From: Bacteriovoracaceae bacterium | Lineage (GTDB): Bacteria; Bdellovibrionota; Bacteriovoracia; Bacteriovoracales; Bacteriovoracaceae | Length of the DNA stretch: 64,000 bases | Direction: 5' to 3' | NCBI GenBank assembly: GCA_048270185.1 | Contig: JBLWTJ010000001.1 | Coordinates: 1,504,001 to 1,568,000, forward strand | Shown here: one piece after another, positions 36,913-47,369 of the stretch | How positions within the stretch are numbered: position 1 is the stretch's first letter | Layout of the letters: every line of letters starts with the position of its first letter | Position numbers and translations under genes: made by a program | Notes under the pieces: generated by a model | What the model saw: only the letters and a program-made list of their open reading frames with translations | Told to the model about the DNA's origin: nothing | Database searches by the model: none

Positions 36913-38208
36913 TTAATATCTGTAATGCTCTGGTTTGAATGGACCTTGAACTGGAATATCTAGGTACTCAGCTTGCTCAGGAGTTAATGTATCGATTTCA
37001 ACATTAATTCTTTCAAGGTGAAGCATCGCAACTTTTTCATCCAGGTGCTTAGGTAGCATATAAACTTTATTCTCATACTTACCAGCATTTTCCCAAAGTT
37101 CCATTTGAGCAATAACTTGGTTACAGAATGAGTTAGACATAACAAATGATGGGTGACCAGTAGCACATCCAAGGTTAACTAGACGACCTTGAGCAAGAAG
37201 GATAATTCTTCTTCCATCTTTTGCAGTATACATATCAACCTGTGGCTTAATATTATCTTCTTCGTAGTTATTGTGTAGGTGAGAAATTTCGATCTCTGAA
37301 TCGAAGTGACCGATGTTACAAACAATCGCTCCATCTCTCATCTTATCTAGGTGTGAAGCATTGATAACTTTTAGACAACCAGTAGTTGTAACGAAGATAT
37401 CACCTTCAGCAGCTGCTTTATCCATTTTCATTACTTCAAAACCTTCCATCGCTGCTTGAAGAGCACAAATTGGATCGATTTCAGTAACGATAACTCTAGC
37501 TCCAAGACCTTTGAAAGATTGAGCTGAACCTTTACCAACATCACCATAACCAACAACAACACAAGTCTTACCTGCGATCATTACGTCAGTTGCACGCTTG
37601 ATACCGTCAACTAAAGACTCTCTACATCCGTAAAGGTTATCAAACTTAGACTTTGTAACAGAGTCATTGATATTGATAGCTGGCATTTTAAGAGTACCTT
37701 TTCTAACTCTTTCATATAATCTATGAACACCAGTTGTAGTTTCTTCAGAAAGACCTTTGATTCCATCGATTAATTCAGGGAATTTATCGTGAACCATATT
37801 TGTCAGGTCACCACCATCATCAAGAATCATATTAAGTGGAGAACCATCGGCCCACTTAAGAGTTTGCTCAATACACCAGTCGAATTCCTCTTCTGTCATA
37901 CCTTTCCAAGCAAATACAGGGATTCCAGCAGCGGCCATGGCAGCAGCAGCTTGATCTTGAGTTGAATAAATATTACATGAAGACCATCTTACTTCAGCAC
38001 CTAGCTCAACTAGAGTTTCCATAAGAACAGCAGTTTGAATTGTCATGTGAAGACAACCAGCAATTCTTGCACCTTTAAGTGGCTTAGAAGCACCAAATTC
38101 TTTACGAAGTGCCATTAGTCCTGGCATTTCAGTTTCAGCAATTTTAATTTCTTTTCTTCCCCAGTCTGCTAGAGAGATGTCTTTTACTTTGTAGTCTGTA
38201 AAGCTCAT
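36913..38208 (-). CDS. ahcY: Adenosylhomocysteinase
   Basis: '[10 protein letters not shown]', '[12 protein letters not shown]', '[10 protein letters not shown]', 'SEETTTG', '[10 protein letters not shown]', 'GCATGHP', 'KPEHYRY'. Confidence 0.97.
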   Translation of the reverse strand: MSFTDYKVKDISLADWGRKEIKIAETEMPGLMALRKEFGASKPLKGARIAGCLHMTIQTAVLMETLVELGAEVRWSSCNIYSTQDQAAAAMAAAGIPVFAWKGMTEEEFDWCIEQTLKWADGSPLNMILDDGGDLTNMVHDKFPELIDGIKGLSEETTTGVHRLYERVRKGTLKMPAININDSVTKSKFDNLYGCRESLVDGIKRATDVMIAGKTCVVVGYGDVGKGSAQSFKGLGARVIVTEIDPICALQAAMEGFEVMKMDKAAAEGDIFVTTTGCLKVINASHLDKMRDGAIVCNIGHFDSEIEISHLHNNYEEDNIKPQVDMYTAKDGRRIILLAQGRLVNLGCATGHPSFVMSNSFCNQVIAQMELWENAGKYENKVYMLPKHLDEKVAMLHLERINVEIDTLTPEQAEYLDIPVQGPFKPEHYRY

Positions 38209-38369
38209 ATTTCCTCACTTTATGTATGAATAAATCTTATTCTATTTTATGTCAGAAACTATATCAGTATCCTGACCATCTTTGAACCCTCAAATACCTA
38301 TAAATGCGCTTTTTCATATGATGTGAGCTGGAAAAATGAACGATATTTTACCAACTTAGGCCTTTTTCT

Positions 38370-38404
38370 TTGACACACTCCGAAATAAAGCATAAATCCT
38401 GCCT
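38370..38404 (+). promoter_or_regulatory. Candidate sigma-70 promoter, leaderless geometry
   Basis: TTGACA-17 nt-TAAATC-6 nt-ATG(38405), no Shine-Dalgarno. Confidence 0.45.
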
Positions 38405-39640
38405 ATGAATAAAAAGAACGGAAAGATGAAAGTCACTAATGACAAGAGTTTTTATTTTGCCTCTTGTCCTCGTGGGTGTGAACAATACTTAGTAAATGAG
38501 CTACGTGCAAACGGAATTGAGGCGCAGGCCGGCCGCGGTGGTGCTTCATTTAAGGCCCGCAATAAGAATACAATTGAATATATTTTCAATGCCAGAATTG
38601 CTTCACGTGTTTTTAAAGAAGTTGGCTTCTTCTATATTCGAGACGAAAAACAAATTTATAAGCGCTCAAGCGAACTTCCTTGGGAACAATATATTACGTC
38701 TGAGCAGACATTTAAAATCAATACCCTTCTTGATGGTGAGAGTAAGGAGCTTTTCAGAAGTTCAATCTTTCTTTCTCAAACTTTAAAGGACTCACTAGTT
38801 GATTTTATGCGCGACCGTTTTGGAAAGCGTCCAAGTGTTGAGACAAATAGTCCTGACGTTAGCTTCCTTCAACGTATTGAAAAAGTAAAAGAAGGCTGTA
38901 AGGTCATCGTTTACGCTGATATGGTAGGAACTTCTCTTGATAAACGTGGCTATCGTGAAAGCGGACACCGCGCTCCTTTAAGAGAAAACTTAGCAGCCTC
39001 AATTGTTGCTGAAACAAAATGGGATTGCCAAGGTCCATTCTATGATCCAATGGCCGGTTCAGGTACGATCCTTATTGAAGCAATTCTCTATTACGCTAAA
39101 TTATCACCTGCTTTTATTCGATTAAAGGCCGATACAACACCATATTCATTTATTAATCAACCATGGTTCCAAGAAGCTAACCTAGTAGATTGGTACTTTG
39201 ATAAAGTTCACGAAATTATCAATGACTCTCATCAAAAAGTTGAATCTATTCCAAGTGATAAATTCTTCTGTAATGATGTTGATGTTGAAAACTTCAAGCT
39301 CATTAGAACTCACCTTCTAAATTGCTTTGGTCGTGTGGACTTCATGAATTTTAATTGTGAAAACTTCATCAACTCTCAGGCCCCTAAAGGTTTTGAAAGA
39401 GGAATGATTCTTTTTAACCCTCCATATGGAGAGCGTATTCAAGCGGCCGGTGATCTTGAGATCAACGACTTCTATTATGAAATGGGTGAAACGCTTAAGA
39501 ATAATTTCGCAGGTAACACTGCCTTTATTCTGACGGCCCATGGACCACTGAGAAAGAATATTCGACTTAAGACTTCGAAGAAAACTGAGTTCTTAAATGG
39601 CGACATTGAATGCCGCCTTTTAAAATATGAATTAATGTAA
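38405..39640 (+). CDS. rlmL: THUMP-domain rRNA m2G methyltransferase (RlmL-like)
   Basis: 'SLDKRGYR', 'APLRENLAA', 'DPMAGSGTILIEA', 'FNPPYGER'; no fused RlmK half. Confidence 0.85.
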   Translation: MNKKNGKMKVTNDKSFYFASCPRGCEQYLVNELRANGIEAQAGRGGASFKARNKNTIEYIFNARIASRVFKEVGFFYIRDEKQIYKRSSELPWEQYITSEQTFKINTLLDGESKELFRSSIFLSQTLKDSLVDFMRDRFGKRPSVETNSPDVSFLQRIEKVKEGCKVIVYADMVGTSLDKRGYRESGHRAPLRENLAASIVAETKWDCQGPFYDPMAGSGTILIEAILYYAKLSPAFIRLKADTTPYSFINQPWFQEANLVDWYFDKVHEIINDSHQKVESIPSDKFFCNDVDVENFKLIRTHLLNCFGRVDFMNFNCENFINSQAPKGFERGMILFNPPYGERIQAAGDLEINDFYYEMGETLKNNFAGNTAFILTAHGPLRKNIRLKTSKKTEFLNGDIECRLLKYELM

Positions 39641-39648
39641 ATCTAAAT

Positions 39649-40461
39649 TTAAGACTCTAAGAATTCAGTTAAGTTCATCGCAAGCTTTGGTAAGGCATAT
39701 TTAAGAAGGGCATTCTTATTTGAAACCTTATCCTTGTGCTTTGTCGATTTTGAAAAGAAGTAAGTGCTAATATCTGAATCTTTTAAGAACAGAGTATGTC
39801 CCTTTCCTGCAAACTTTCTAAGAACAAAGTCTGTATCAAGAAGACAGATATCGCGAATCATAAAGTTACGGGCCATATAGATAATGATAACCGTTGCCGA
39901 AAGATCACATAGTGATTTTCTAACTTTAACACCTTTTGGAGATGTTTGATCACCCCAGTGAACAACAACTTCAACTCTCTTATCCCCTGTATAGAAATCA
40001 AAACCTCGTTGTGAAGTTGATTTCTGTTGCTTAAGGCCAAAGATACACTTTGCATACCACTCACCTAGCTGCACAGGAAGTTTCTTTCCATTGAAGATAA
40101 TATGCTCATCACGAAGGATGTCATAAACTTTATTAACTGTTTCAATCGCATCAAAGATTCTCTTATTATCAGGTAAGTGAATAATCATCACTTCCTTTGC
40201 TTGAGTTCTTTTAAGCTTTCGAGAAAATTGCTTTTCATACCAATCCATAAACTCTTTATCACCAACAAGCTCTAAAGAATCATAGATAAAACCTTTACTG
40301 AGTAGAGTTGACTCATCAAAGGACTCTACTTTTTTACGCATGAAAGAAATTGGAGCATATAGGCCCTTTTCTTTCATAACGTAAACGTTATCTTTATAGT
40401 AGTCACTGCTACCATGGGTTGATTCATTAAAGAGATCAACTCCATTAATCATTGCTTCCAT
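39649..40461 (-). CDS. Hypothetical protein with degenerate PD-(D/E)xK nuclease-like domain
   Basis: 'QLGEWYAK.IFGL......QRGFDF...KRVEVVVH' resembles the GE..A...GL....G.D....V(E/Q)xK family but lacks the catalytic Lys. Confidence 0.55.
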   Translation of the reverse strand: MEAMINGVDLFNESTHGSSDYYKDNVYVMKEKGLYAPISFMRKKVESFDESTLLSKGFIYDSLELVGDKEFMDWYEKQFSRKLKRTQAKEVMIIHLPDNKRIFDAIETVNKVYDILRDEHIIFNGKKLPVQLGEWYAKCIFGLKQQKSTSQRGFDFYTGDKRVEVVVHWGDQTSPKGVKVRKSLCDLSATVIIIYMARNFMIRDICLLDTDFVLRKFAGKGHTLFLKDSDISTYFFSKSTKHKDKVSNKNALLKYALPKLAMNLTEFLES

Positions 40462-40488
40462 TACTCACTTACCTTTGTGTTCAAATCA

Positions 40489-42213
40489 TTAAACATTAAT
40501 TGAAGTTAAGTCTTCTTCAAAATTTAGAACACTATGAGCGAGTCCAATATTTCGAGTTAACTGATATTGACAGAAAACTTTGAAATCATCGATCTTCGAT
40601 TGGTAGTACTTCTTCTCTTCTTCACTTGATGCTGTCTTAAGCTCTGTTTGAGCAATACATGCATGATCGAGAAGTAGCCAAGAAACCACAAGGTTTCCAC
40701 AGTATGTTAAGAAATCAGTACTGTGAGCAAGAACAGCGCCTTGATTCTTAGCTGCCATCATTGCACCAAATTTTTTAACAACTTGCTCACTCATCTCCAT
40801 TGATTTTCCAATCATTGAGACTTCGTGAGGGAATGATTTAGCTTCTTCTTTTTGCATTGTTGCTTGCACTTTCTTACCAACATTGAAGAATGTCTCTCCC
40901 TTGTCCATGAGAATTTTTCTCATAACAAAGTCGATGGCCTGAATACCATTTGTTCCTTCATAGATCGTTGCAATTTTTGTATCACGTGCAAATTGCTCAA
41001 TTCCGTATTCTGTACAGTAACCGTAACCACCGTGAACTTGAATTCCGTCATTAGCAATATTATATCCTTCATCAGTACAGTAAGCTTTACAAATAGGAGT
41101 AAAGAACGCGATTTCTTTTTCTGCTTCAGTATCGCCTTTATCTGCCTTATCAAAGAGATTACCTGTATAGAGAGACAGAGCTCTTAGCCCTCTTGCCGTT
41201 GATCTCATCTTAAGAAGCATTCTCTTAACATCTGGGTGAGAAATAATCTCTGTTCCAAATTGAGATCTTTCTTTTGCATATTGTTCAGTTAACTCAAAAC
41301 AAAGATTTGCTTGGGCTTCACCTTGTAATCCACAAAGAAGTCTCGCTTCGTTCATCATAATGAACATATTGGCCATACCATCAAACTCTTTACCAATAAG
41401 CTCACCAACACACTCACCGTGTTGACCAAAAGTCAGCTCACAAGTTGCTTGTGCGTGAATTCCCATCTTGTGTTCGATCTTCGTACACACAACATTATTT
41501 GATTCACCAGTCTCTACATTAAATCTTGGAACGATAAAAAGTGATAAACCTTTTGTCCCTTCTGGAGCACCTGGAGTTCTTGCAAGAACAAGGTGAATAT
41601 TATTTTCATAAAGATCACTCTCTCCTGATGAGATGAAGATCTTAACTCCATTGATCGCATACTTTCCGTTATCAAGTGGCTTTGCCGTTGTCTTTGCAGC
41701 ACCAACGTCTGAACCAGCACCTGGCTCAGTTAAGCACATTGTTCCACCCCATTCGCCAGTCATCATCTTAGTAACGAATAAGTCTTTTTGTTCTTGAGTT
41801 CCAACTTTAAGGATTACATTCATCGCACCTTGGGTTAGTCCGTAGTACATTGACCATGCAACGTTTGCACCAATGGCCTGAGACATCGTTGCAATTTTTA
41901 GGGCATGAGGAGCTGGCATTCCACCAATTTCTTCTGGGTAGCCTAGAGCATACCAACCGTTTTCATAATAACCCTTGTTGGCCTTATGAAAGACTTCTGG
42001 AACAATTACTTTTCCATCAACATGTTTAACACCAATCTCATCACTGATCTGACGAGTTGGGTAAACTTCATTTTCAATAAATTTGTCATGCTGAACTAAG
42101 ATGTCTCTTAAGTCTGCTTCCGCATAGCCCATCTCAGCTGCCTGATCCTGAATTCTGCACGTTTTAAATAGATTGAAATTCACATCCATTAAATCTGTAC
42201 GATACTTTGCCAT
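40489..42213 (-). CDS. Acyl-CoA dehydrogenase (long FadE5-like class)
   Basis: 'GTMCLTEPGAGSDVG', 'KIFISSGE', 'EHKMGIHA', 'MMNEARL', 'QVHGGYGY', 'IYEGTNGIQA'. Confidence 0.93.
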   Translation of the reverse strand: MAKYRTDLMDVNFNLFKTCRIQDQAAEMGYAEADLRDILVQHDKFIENEVYPTRQISDEIGVKHVDGKVIVPEVFHKANKGYYENGWYALGYPEEIGGMPAPHALKIATMSQAIGANVAWSMYYGLTQGAMNVILKVGTQEQKDLFVTKMMTGEWGGTMCLTEPGAGSDVGAAKTTAKPLDNGKYAINGVKIFISSGESDLYENNIHLVLARTPGAPEGTKGLSLFIVPRFNVETGESNNVVCTKIEHKMGIHAQATCELTFGQHGECVGELIGKEFDGMANMFIMMNEARLLCGLQGEAQANLCFELTEQYAKERSQFGTEIISHPDVKRMLLKMRSTARGLRALSLYTGNLFDKADKGDTEAEKEIAFFTPICKAYCTDEGYNIANDGIQVHGGYGYCTEYGIEQFARDTKIATIYEGTNGIQAIDFVMRKILMDKGETFFNVGKKVQATMQKEEAKSFPHEVSMIGKSMEMSEQVVKKFGAMMAAKNQGAVLAHSTDFLTYCGNLVVSWLLLDHACIAQTELKTASSEEEKKYYQSKIDDFKVFCQYQLTRNIGLAHSVLNFEEDLTSINV

Positions 42214-42333
42214 ATAATAGTCCTTTTTTAATACTAAAACAGATCTATTATAAACGATGTTCAGAATTCATGCACGGGTCGACACAAAATAGCCTAGCTA
42301 AATTAGGTTAATTCTTTGTCAAAAAACAAAAAA

Positions 42334-42354
42334 GCACGGTGTTAAAACCGTGCT
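42334..42354 (-). terminator. Intrinsic terminator of the lipoprotein gene
   Basis: GCACGGT-N6-ACCGTGC followed by a T tract on the minus strand. Confidence 0.7.
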
Positions 42355-42381
42355 ATTTACTTGGTTAATTTATCTATAAGA

Positions 42382-43062
42382 TTAGTATTCGCGAGCAACT
42401 GGCTGTTTAATTAATGAACTATTTAAGTCGATTATATGTCTCTTACCATTAATCAAGACCATCCATACATTAGTTGATGAGTTCTTCACATTTAAGCATG
42501 TGTAATCATAATTTGCACAACTCATATTTTCAACGTAACGGTAATATGTATTTCCGAAGACTTTATATAGATTTCCATTATTTTTAGCATTATCAACTGC
42601 AGTCGCTAATGTATTAGCAATTTCGCCAAGATTATTACCCATATAGGCATCTTCAGAAAAACTTAGGTTCCCATATTGCCAGTGATAAACATCTCTTACG
42701 ATCTCACCGTTATCTCTTAACTCTCTAACTCCAATAGAGCTGCTATAGTATGAGCTCGATGAGCTTGAAGAGTAAGTACAAACAGTAAAGATTCCCCACT
42801 TCTTCTCACAATTTGAGTCTGAAGATGAAGCACTTGCTTTAGGAAATGGGTACATTCCAGCAGTTGAGCTTTCTTTAAAGTTATTATTTCGAATAGCATT
42901 TGAAAGTGCCGCTGCTGTACTGACATTAGAAGCAAGGCCATTTGAAGCACCGCCGTTAATATTAAATGGATTAGCTACTCCACCACCACCGTCAGATCCA
43001 CATCCAACTAGTGAAGCAAGAAGAAGCACTGATAAAAGTGTGTTCTTAAGGTTGATTTTCAT
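42382..43062 (-). CDS. Hypothetical lipoprotein (Ser/Asn-rich)
   Basis: Lipobox 'LVGC', GGAG RBS, Ser runs. Confidence 0.75.
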   Translation of the reverse strand: MKINLKNTLLSVLLLASLVGCGSDGGGGVANPFNINGGASNGLASNVSTAAALSNAIRNNNFKESSTAGMYPFPKASASSSDSNCEKKWGIFTVCTYSSSSSSSYYSSSIGVRELRDNGEIVRDVYHWQYGNLSFSEDAYMGNNLGEIANTLATAVDNAKNNGNLYKVFGNTYYRYVENMSCANYDYTCLNVKNSSTNVWMVLINGKRHIIDLNSSLIKQPVAREY

Positions 43063-43255
43063 AATATTCTCCGTTTTGTGTGTTTTTTAATTATTTGCCT
43101 ATATATATACAAGTTGCGTGCCAAGTTTTATGATGTGATAACGGGCAATTAGAAAGATCGCACTGTTTAAAAAGTGAACACTGAGTGGTAATTTGTCTAA
43201 AATATAAATACTTCTATAAGCTGACTTTGTAGAAAATATTGACGAGGAAGAACGC

Positions 43256-44779
43256 ATGTCGATTAAGAATATTAGTAAGAAGGCCCTTTTAGTCATTCTA
43301 GATGGCTTTGGAATTAGTGAGAATCATGAGAAGAATGCGATTCGTGATGCAAGAACACCTCATTTGGATGAACTGTTTAAAGATTATCCATACACGACCA
43401 TTCAGGCCGGTGGAGTTCTAGTAGGTCTTCCTAAAGGTGTTGTCGGTAATTCAGAAGTCGGTCATATGAACCTTGGAGCCGGTAGGGCCATACGCCAAGA
43501 CCTCGTTAGAATCAATGAAGCAATCGAAAATAAAACATTTAATACAATGCCAATGCTAAAAGAATTAATAGCAAAGGCCAAATCAAATAATAATCGAGTC
43601 CACTTATTAGGACTTCTATCTGATGGTGGAATTCATTCACATATTGAGCATACAAAAGAAATCATTAAATCACTTAGGGCCGAAGGGATCGAAGTATATC
43701 TTCACGCTTTTATGGATGGCCGAGACACGCCACCAGCATGTGGTGAAATGTACTTAAAAGAAATAGTAGGATTTGAAGGCTCTCACTTTGCTTCAATGCA
43801 AGGACGCTCTATTGGAATGGATCGTGATCGTCGCTGGGAGAAAATAAAACTCGCCTACGATATGTATCTCGGTAACGGTGATATTACAGATAGTGACCCT
43901 ATATCATTTTTAAAAAGTGAATATGAAAATGGCCGTACTGATGAATTCATTACACCAACTCTTTTTAATGAAAACTATGCAATTAAAGAAGGAGATTGTG
44001 TCTTCTTCACAAATTATAGGCCTGATCGTGCCATTCAAATGACGACAGCATTTTGCTACCCTGAATTCAAAGAGTTCGAAAGGCCATTCTTTCCGGCCAT
44101 GTATCTTTGTATGACTCCCTTTATACCTGATGAAATGGAGCTTCCTATTTTATTTGATAAAGAAAAATTAAAAGGAACAATGACGGAGTACTTAAGTGAG
44201 ATCGGACTTAAGCAATTAAAAATTGCTGAAACAGAAAAATACGCTCACGTTACTTACTTCTTTAATGGTGGAGAAAAGAAAACCTTTAATAATGAAGAAC
44301 ACTTCCTTATTCCTTCGCCTAAAGAAGTTTCGACATATGACCAAAAACCACAAATGAGTGCCCCACAAGTTGCAGATAAATTAGTGGAGTGCTTATCTGA
44401 TTTTGACTTTAGTGTCGTGAACTTTGCCAACTCAGACATGGTCGGTCACACAGGAAATTACGAAGCAGCAGTTAGTGCAATCGAAACACTCGATGAGTGC
44501 GTTGCTAAACTTGTAAAAAAATGTGAAGCCGAGGGAATCACTATGATCATTACAGCAGACCATGGCAATAGTGATCAAATGGTACACAAAGACGGAACAC
44601 CACATACTGCTCACACAGGAGCACCAGTTCCATTCTGTGTTATCCATGAAAAATTAAAGAATAAAGCTTTTACAATTGCACCTGGTGAGCATTCGCTAAT
44701 GGATGTTTCACCAACATGTTTATATATTATGGGGATTGATCAACCAGCAACATTTACTGGTCATCACATTTTTGAGTAG
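43256..44779 (+). CDS. gpmI: 2,3-bisphosphoglycerate-independent phosphoglycerate mutase
   Basis: 'ILDGFG', 'GNSEVGHMNLGAGR', 'DGRDT', 'AETEKYAHVT', 'NFANSDMVGHTG', 'TADHGN'. Confidence 0.96.
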   Translation: MSIKNISKKALLVILDGFGISENHEKNAIRDARTPHLDELFKDYPYTTIQAGGVLVGLPKGVVGNSEVGHMNLGAGRAIRQDLVRINEAIENKTFNTMPMLKELIAKAKSNNNRVHLLGLLSDGGIHSHIEHTKEIIKSLRAEGIEVYLHAFMDGRDTPPACGEMYLKEIVGFEGSHFASMQGRSIGMDRDRRWEKIKLAYDMYLGNGDITDSDPISFLKSEYENGRTDEFITPTLFNENYAIKEGDCVFFTNYRPDRAIQMTTAFCYPEFKEFERPFFPAMYLCMTPFIPDEMELPILFDKEKLKGTMTEYLSEIGLKQLKIAETEKYAHVTYFFNGGEKKTFNNEEHFLIPSPKEVSTYDQKPQMSAPQVADKLVECLSDFDFSVVNFANSDMVGHTGNYEAAVSAIETLDECVAKLVKKCEAEGITMIITADHGNSDQMVHKDGTPHTAHTGAPVPFCVIHEKLKNKAFTIAPGEHSLMDVSPTCLYIMGIDQPATFTGHHIFE

Positions 44780-44787
44780 GGATTTTT

Positions 44788-45789
44788 ATGAACGCTAAAT
44801 CTGAGAAAAAAATTAAATCAATTGCTGTCCTCTGTAGTGGTGGTGATAGCCCTGGAATGAATTGTGCCATTCGTGCAGTTGTTAGAACTTGCCTGTCTCA
44901 TGGAATTGAAATCTACGGTATTCGTCGTGGTTATGCAGGACTATTAGAAGGATCACACCATAAGATGGATGCGGCCAGTGTTGGAAATATTCTTCAAAAA
45001 GGTGGAACCATTCTACAAACATCTCGTTGCCCTGAGTTTATGAAAGCTGAGATTAGAACAGAGGCTGCTCATATACTTAAAAGAAAAGGAATTGATGCTC
45101 TTGTCGTGATTGGTGGAAATGGATCATTTAATGGTGCTTGGGCCCTTCACAAAGAACACGGAATCCCTGTGGTAGGTATCCCTGGAACAATCGATAATGA
45201 TATTGAAGGTACTGATTATACCATTGGCTTTGATACAGCAGTTCAAACGGCGATTGAAGCAGTCGATAAGATTCGCGATACGGCCCACTCACATGACCGT
45301 ACTTTTATTGTTGAAGTTATGGGAAGAAAATCTCCGGCCATCGCTCTTCATGTTGGACTTTGCACAGGTGCTGAAAATATTGTCTTTCCAGTTCAAGAAG
45401 AAAGTGAAGTCGATATAAAAACAATAGCAAAAGATATAAAGCGTGGACTTAGAAGAGGAAAAGGATCATCGATCATTATAACGGCCGAAGGTGAAACAGA
45501 AGGTCTTTCTCGCTATGTTCACAATAAACTTTTAGAAGATCACGATATCGACTCACGCGTATGTATTCTTGGCCATATTCAAAGAGGTGGAAACCCAACT
45601 GGACGAGATCGTTTTATGGCCACTCAAATGGGACACCTTGCAATTAAATCACTACTGAATGGTGAGACAGCAATTGTAACTGCTGTTCAAGACGGACAAG
45701 TTGTTGCAGCTAACTTCGAAAATTGTTTAGGCAAAAAGTTTGAGGTTGAAGAAAAATATGTTGAGATTGTAAAAACATTATCGAAGTAA
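44788..45789 (+). CDS. pfkA: ATP-dependent 6-phosphofructokinase
   Basis: 'SGGDSPGMN', 'GGTILQTSR', 'PGTIDND', 'VEVMGR', 'LGHIQRGG'. Confidence 0.96.
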   Translation: MNAKSEKKIKSIAVLCSGGDSPGMNCAIRAVVRTCLSHGIEIYGIRRGYAGLLEGSHHKMDAASVGNILQKGGTILQTSRCPEFMKAEIRTEAAHILKRKGIDALVVIGGNGSFNGAWALHKEHGIPVVGIPGTIDNDIEGTDYTIGFDTAVQTAIEAVDKIRDTAHSHDRTFIVEVMGRKSPAIALHVGLCTGAENIVFPVQEESEVDIKTIAKDIKRGLRRGKGSSIIITAEGETEGLSRYVHNKLLEDHDIDSRVCILGHIQRGGNPTGRDRFMATQMGHLAIKSLLNGETAIVTAVQDGQVVAANFENCLGKKFEVEEKYVEIVKTLSK

Positions 45790-45794
45790 AACTT

Positions 45795-47369
45795 ATGACT
45801 ATATCGACTAACGAAAGAAAACTCTTTTTCATTTTTGCTCTTTTATTTTCAATTTTCTATTTATGGGATATTGGGAATCTAAGTGCACCGAGACAAGGGA
45901 CAGAGTCCCTCTATGTTCAGATATCACAAGAAATGTATGATACAAATAATGTGATGACTCCTCACTACAGAGGCGAACGTCACTGGTCAAAGCCACCTTT
46001 TCATTTCTGGCTTCCTTACCCTCTTTATTTTCTAAGTGGATCATCTTCATTAACAGGAGCAAGAGCGGCCATTGCAATTATAACAATTGTTCTAGGAATA
46101 CTTACGGCAGTTTGGTTAAAAAGAAGATTTCAAATCAAGCCTCTTCTTTCCCTCGCTTTCTTCTTAGGAAGTTACGGAGCAATAAAATTTGGCCGAACAT
46201 TTATGATGGAAACGTCTCTTGCACTTCTTCCATTCGTAAGTTCACTCTTTCTCTTTGACTATTTAAAGTCTAAATCGAAGAAGCATTTCCTCTTGGCAAT
46301 CTTATTTGGAGCAGCTGGTGCTTTAATAAAAGGACCAGTAACAATTGTCATGAGCTTTTTGGCCATGTCACTTTATCAGTTATTCTTACTAAAGAAAGAA
46401 AAGCGATACATTATTAAAGAATGTTTCTTCTACTTTTTCTCAATTACAGTACTTAGCTGTCTTTGGTATTTAATAAGTTATATCAATTATGGTGATGAAT
46501 TCTTTAATTATTTCTTCTTAAGAGAGAATGTTGGTAAGTTTGATCAAGTACCAATGCCAATGATTAAGGTTTTTCAAGGATTACTACTCTATTCTCTACC
46601 ATGGATTTTTGTCCTTCCATTTTGCTGGAAAAAAATTATTGAGAATTTCAAAACTCTAAATAGTGAAAGTTTTTACTTCTTTTTCCACTTTGTGTGCTTC
46701 TTTGTCGTTTGGCTAATTCCGGCCCAGAGATCACACCACTATGCAATACCAGCGATCCCATTCTTTATGGCCTATATTCTACTTCAATTAGACTTAGAAA
46801 AAGTAAGAGAGCATAGCCTAAAGTTAACGTTAGCATTTCTACCAATGAATCTTCTATTCTTAGTATTGGGCCTCATCTTACTTTACTTTTCAGATGGATC
46901 GACGATTTTTGCTAATATAGTTTTTGTTGGTTTCATTATTGCCGCCAATATCTTCATGCTTAAAAAGAAAGTTCTTATTGGTTTTAACTTAATAGGAATC
47001 TACTTTATATTTATGTGGTCGATTGTCATTTCTCAATTCTATATTCCAGCTGTACCTGAAAAAGCGAAGGCTCTATTTGAGAATAAGAAAGTTGCCCTCG
47101 TTGACCGAAGATCTTACTTCTACGAGCAGTCACTTGACATGAATGTTGAGCCAATTAAGAAAGAGCAAGTTAATACTTTCCTAGATGATGATACTAAACT
47201 TGTTATTGCAGCAACATCAAAGGTCACAAATGAGATTATTCAATCTCATACAATTGTTGTGAAATGGAAGAAGTGGAAAAGAAAAGTTAAATGGCCCCAT
47301 ATAAAAGAGGCCATTCTCATGCGCTCGTACGAGCCAATGAAAGAAAACGTCTACTTGCTTTCAAAATAG
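45795..47369 (+). CDS. ArnT/PMT-like (GT-C) membrane glycosyltransferase
   Basis: 'ESLY.Q.S.EM', 'HWSKPPFHFW', 'LIKGP', many TM segments. Confidence 0.85.
   Translation: MTISTNERKLFFIFALLFSIFYLWDIGNLSAPRQGTESLYVQISQEMYDTNNVMTPHYRGERHWSKPPFHFWLPYPLYFLSGSSSLTGARAAIAIITIVLGILTAVWLKRRFQIKPLLSLAFFLGSYGAIKFGRTFMMETSLALLPFVSSLFLFDYLKSKSKKHFLLAILFGAAGALIKGPVTIVMSFLAMSLYQLFLLKKEKRYIIKECFFYFFSITVLSCLWYLISYINYGDEFFNYFFLRENVGKFDQVPMPMIKVFQGLLLYSLPWIFVLPFCWKKIIENFKTLNSESFYFFFHFVCFFVVWLIPAQRSHHYAIPAIPFFMAYILLQLDLEKVREHSLKLTLAFLPMNLLFLVLGLILLYFSDGSTIFANIVFVGFIIAANIFMLKKKVLIGFNLIGIYFIFMWSIVISQFYIPAVPEKAKALFENKKVALVDRRSYFYEQSLDMNVEPIKKEQVNTFLDDDTKLVIAATSKVTNEIIQSHTIVVKWKKWKRKVKWPHIKEAILMRSYEPMKENVYLLSK

Noticed and set aside
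38209..38404. SAH or SAM riboswitch upstream of ahcY
   Set aside because: No recognisable conserved core or GC-rich stems by eye; an Rfam scan would be needed to exclude it fully.
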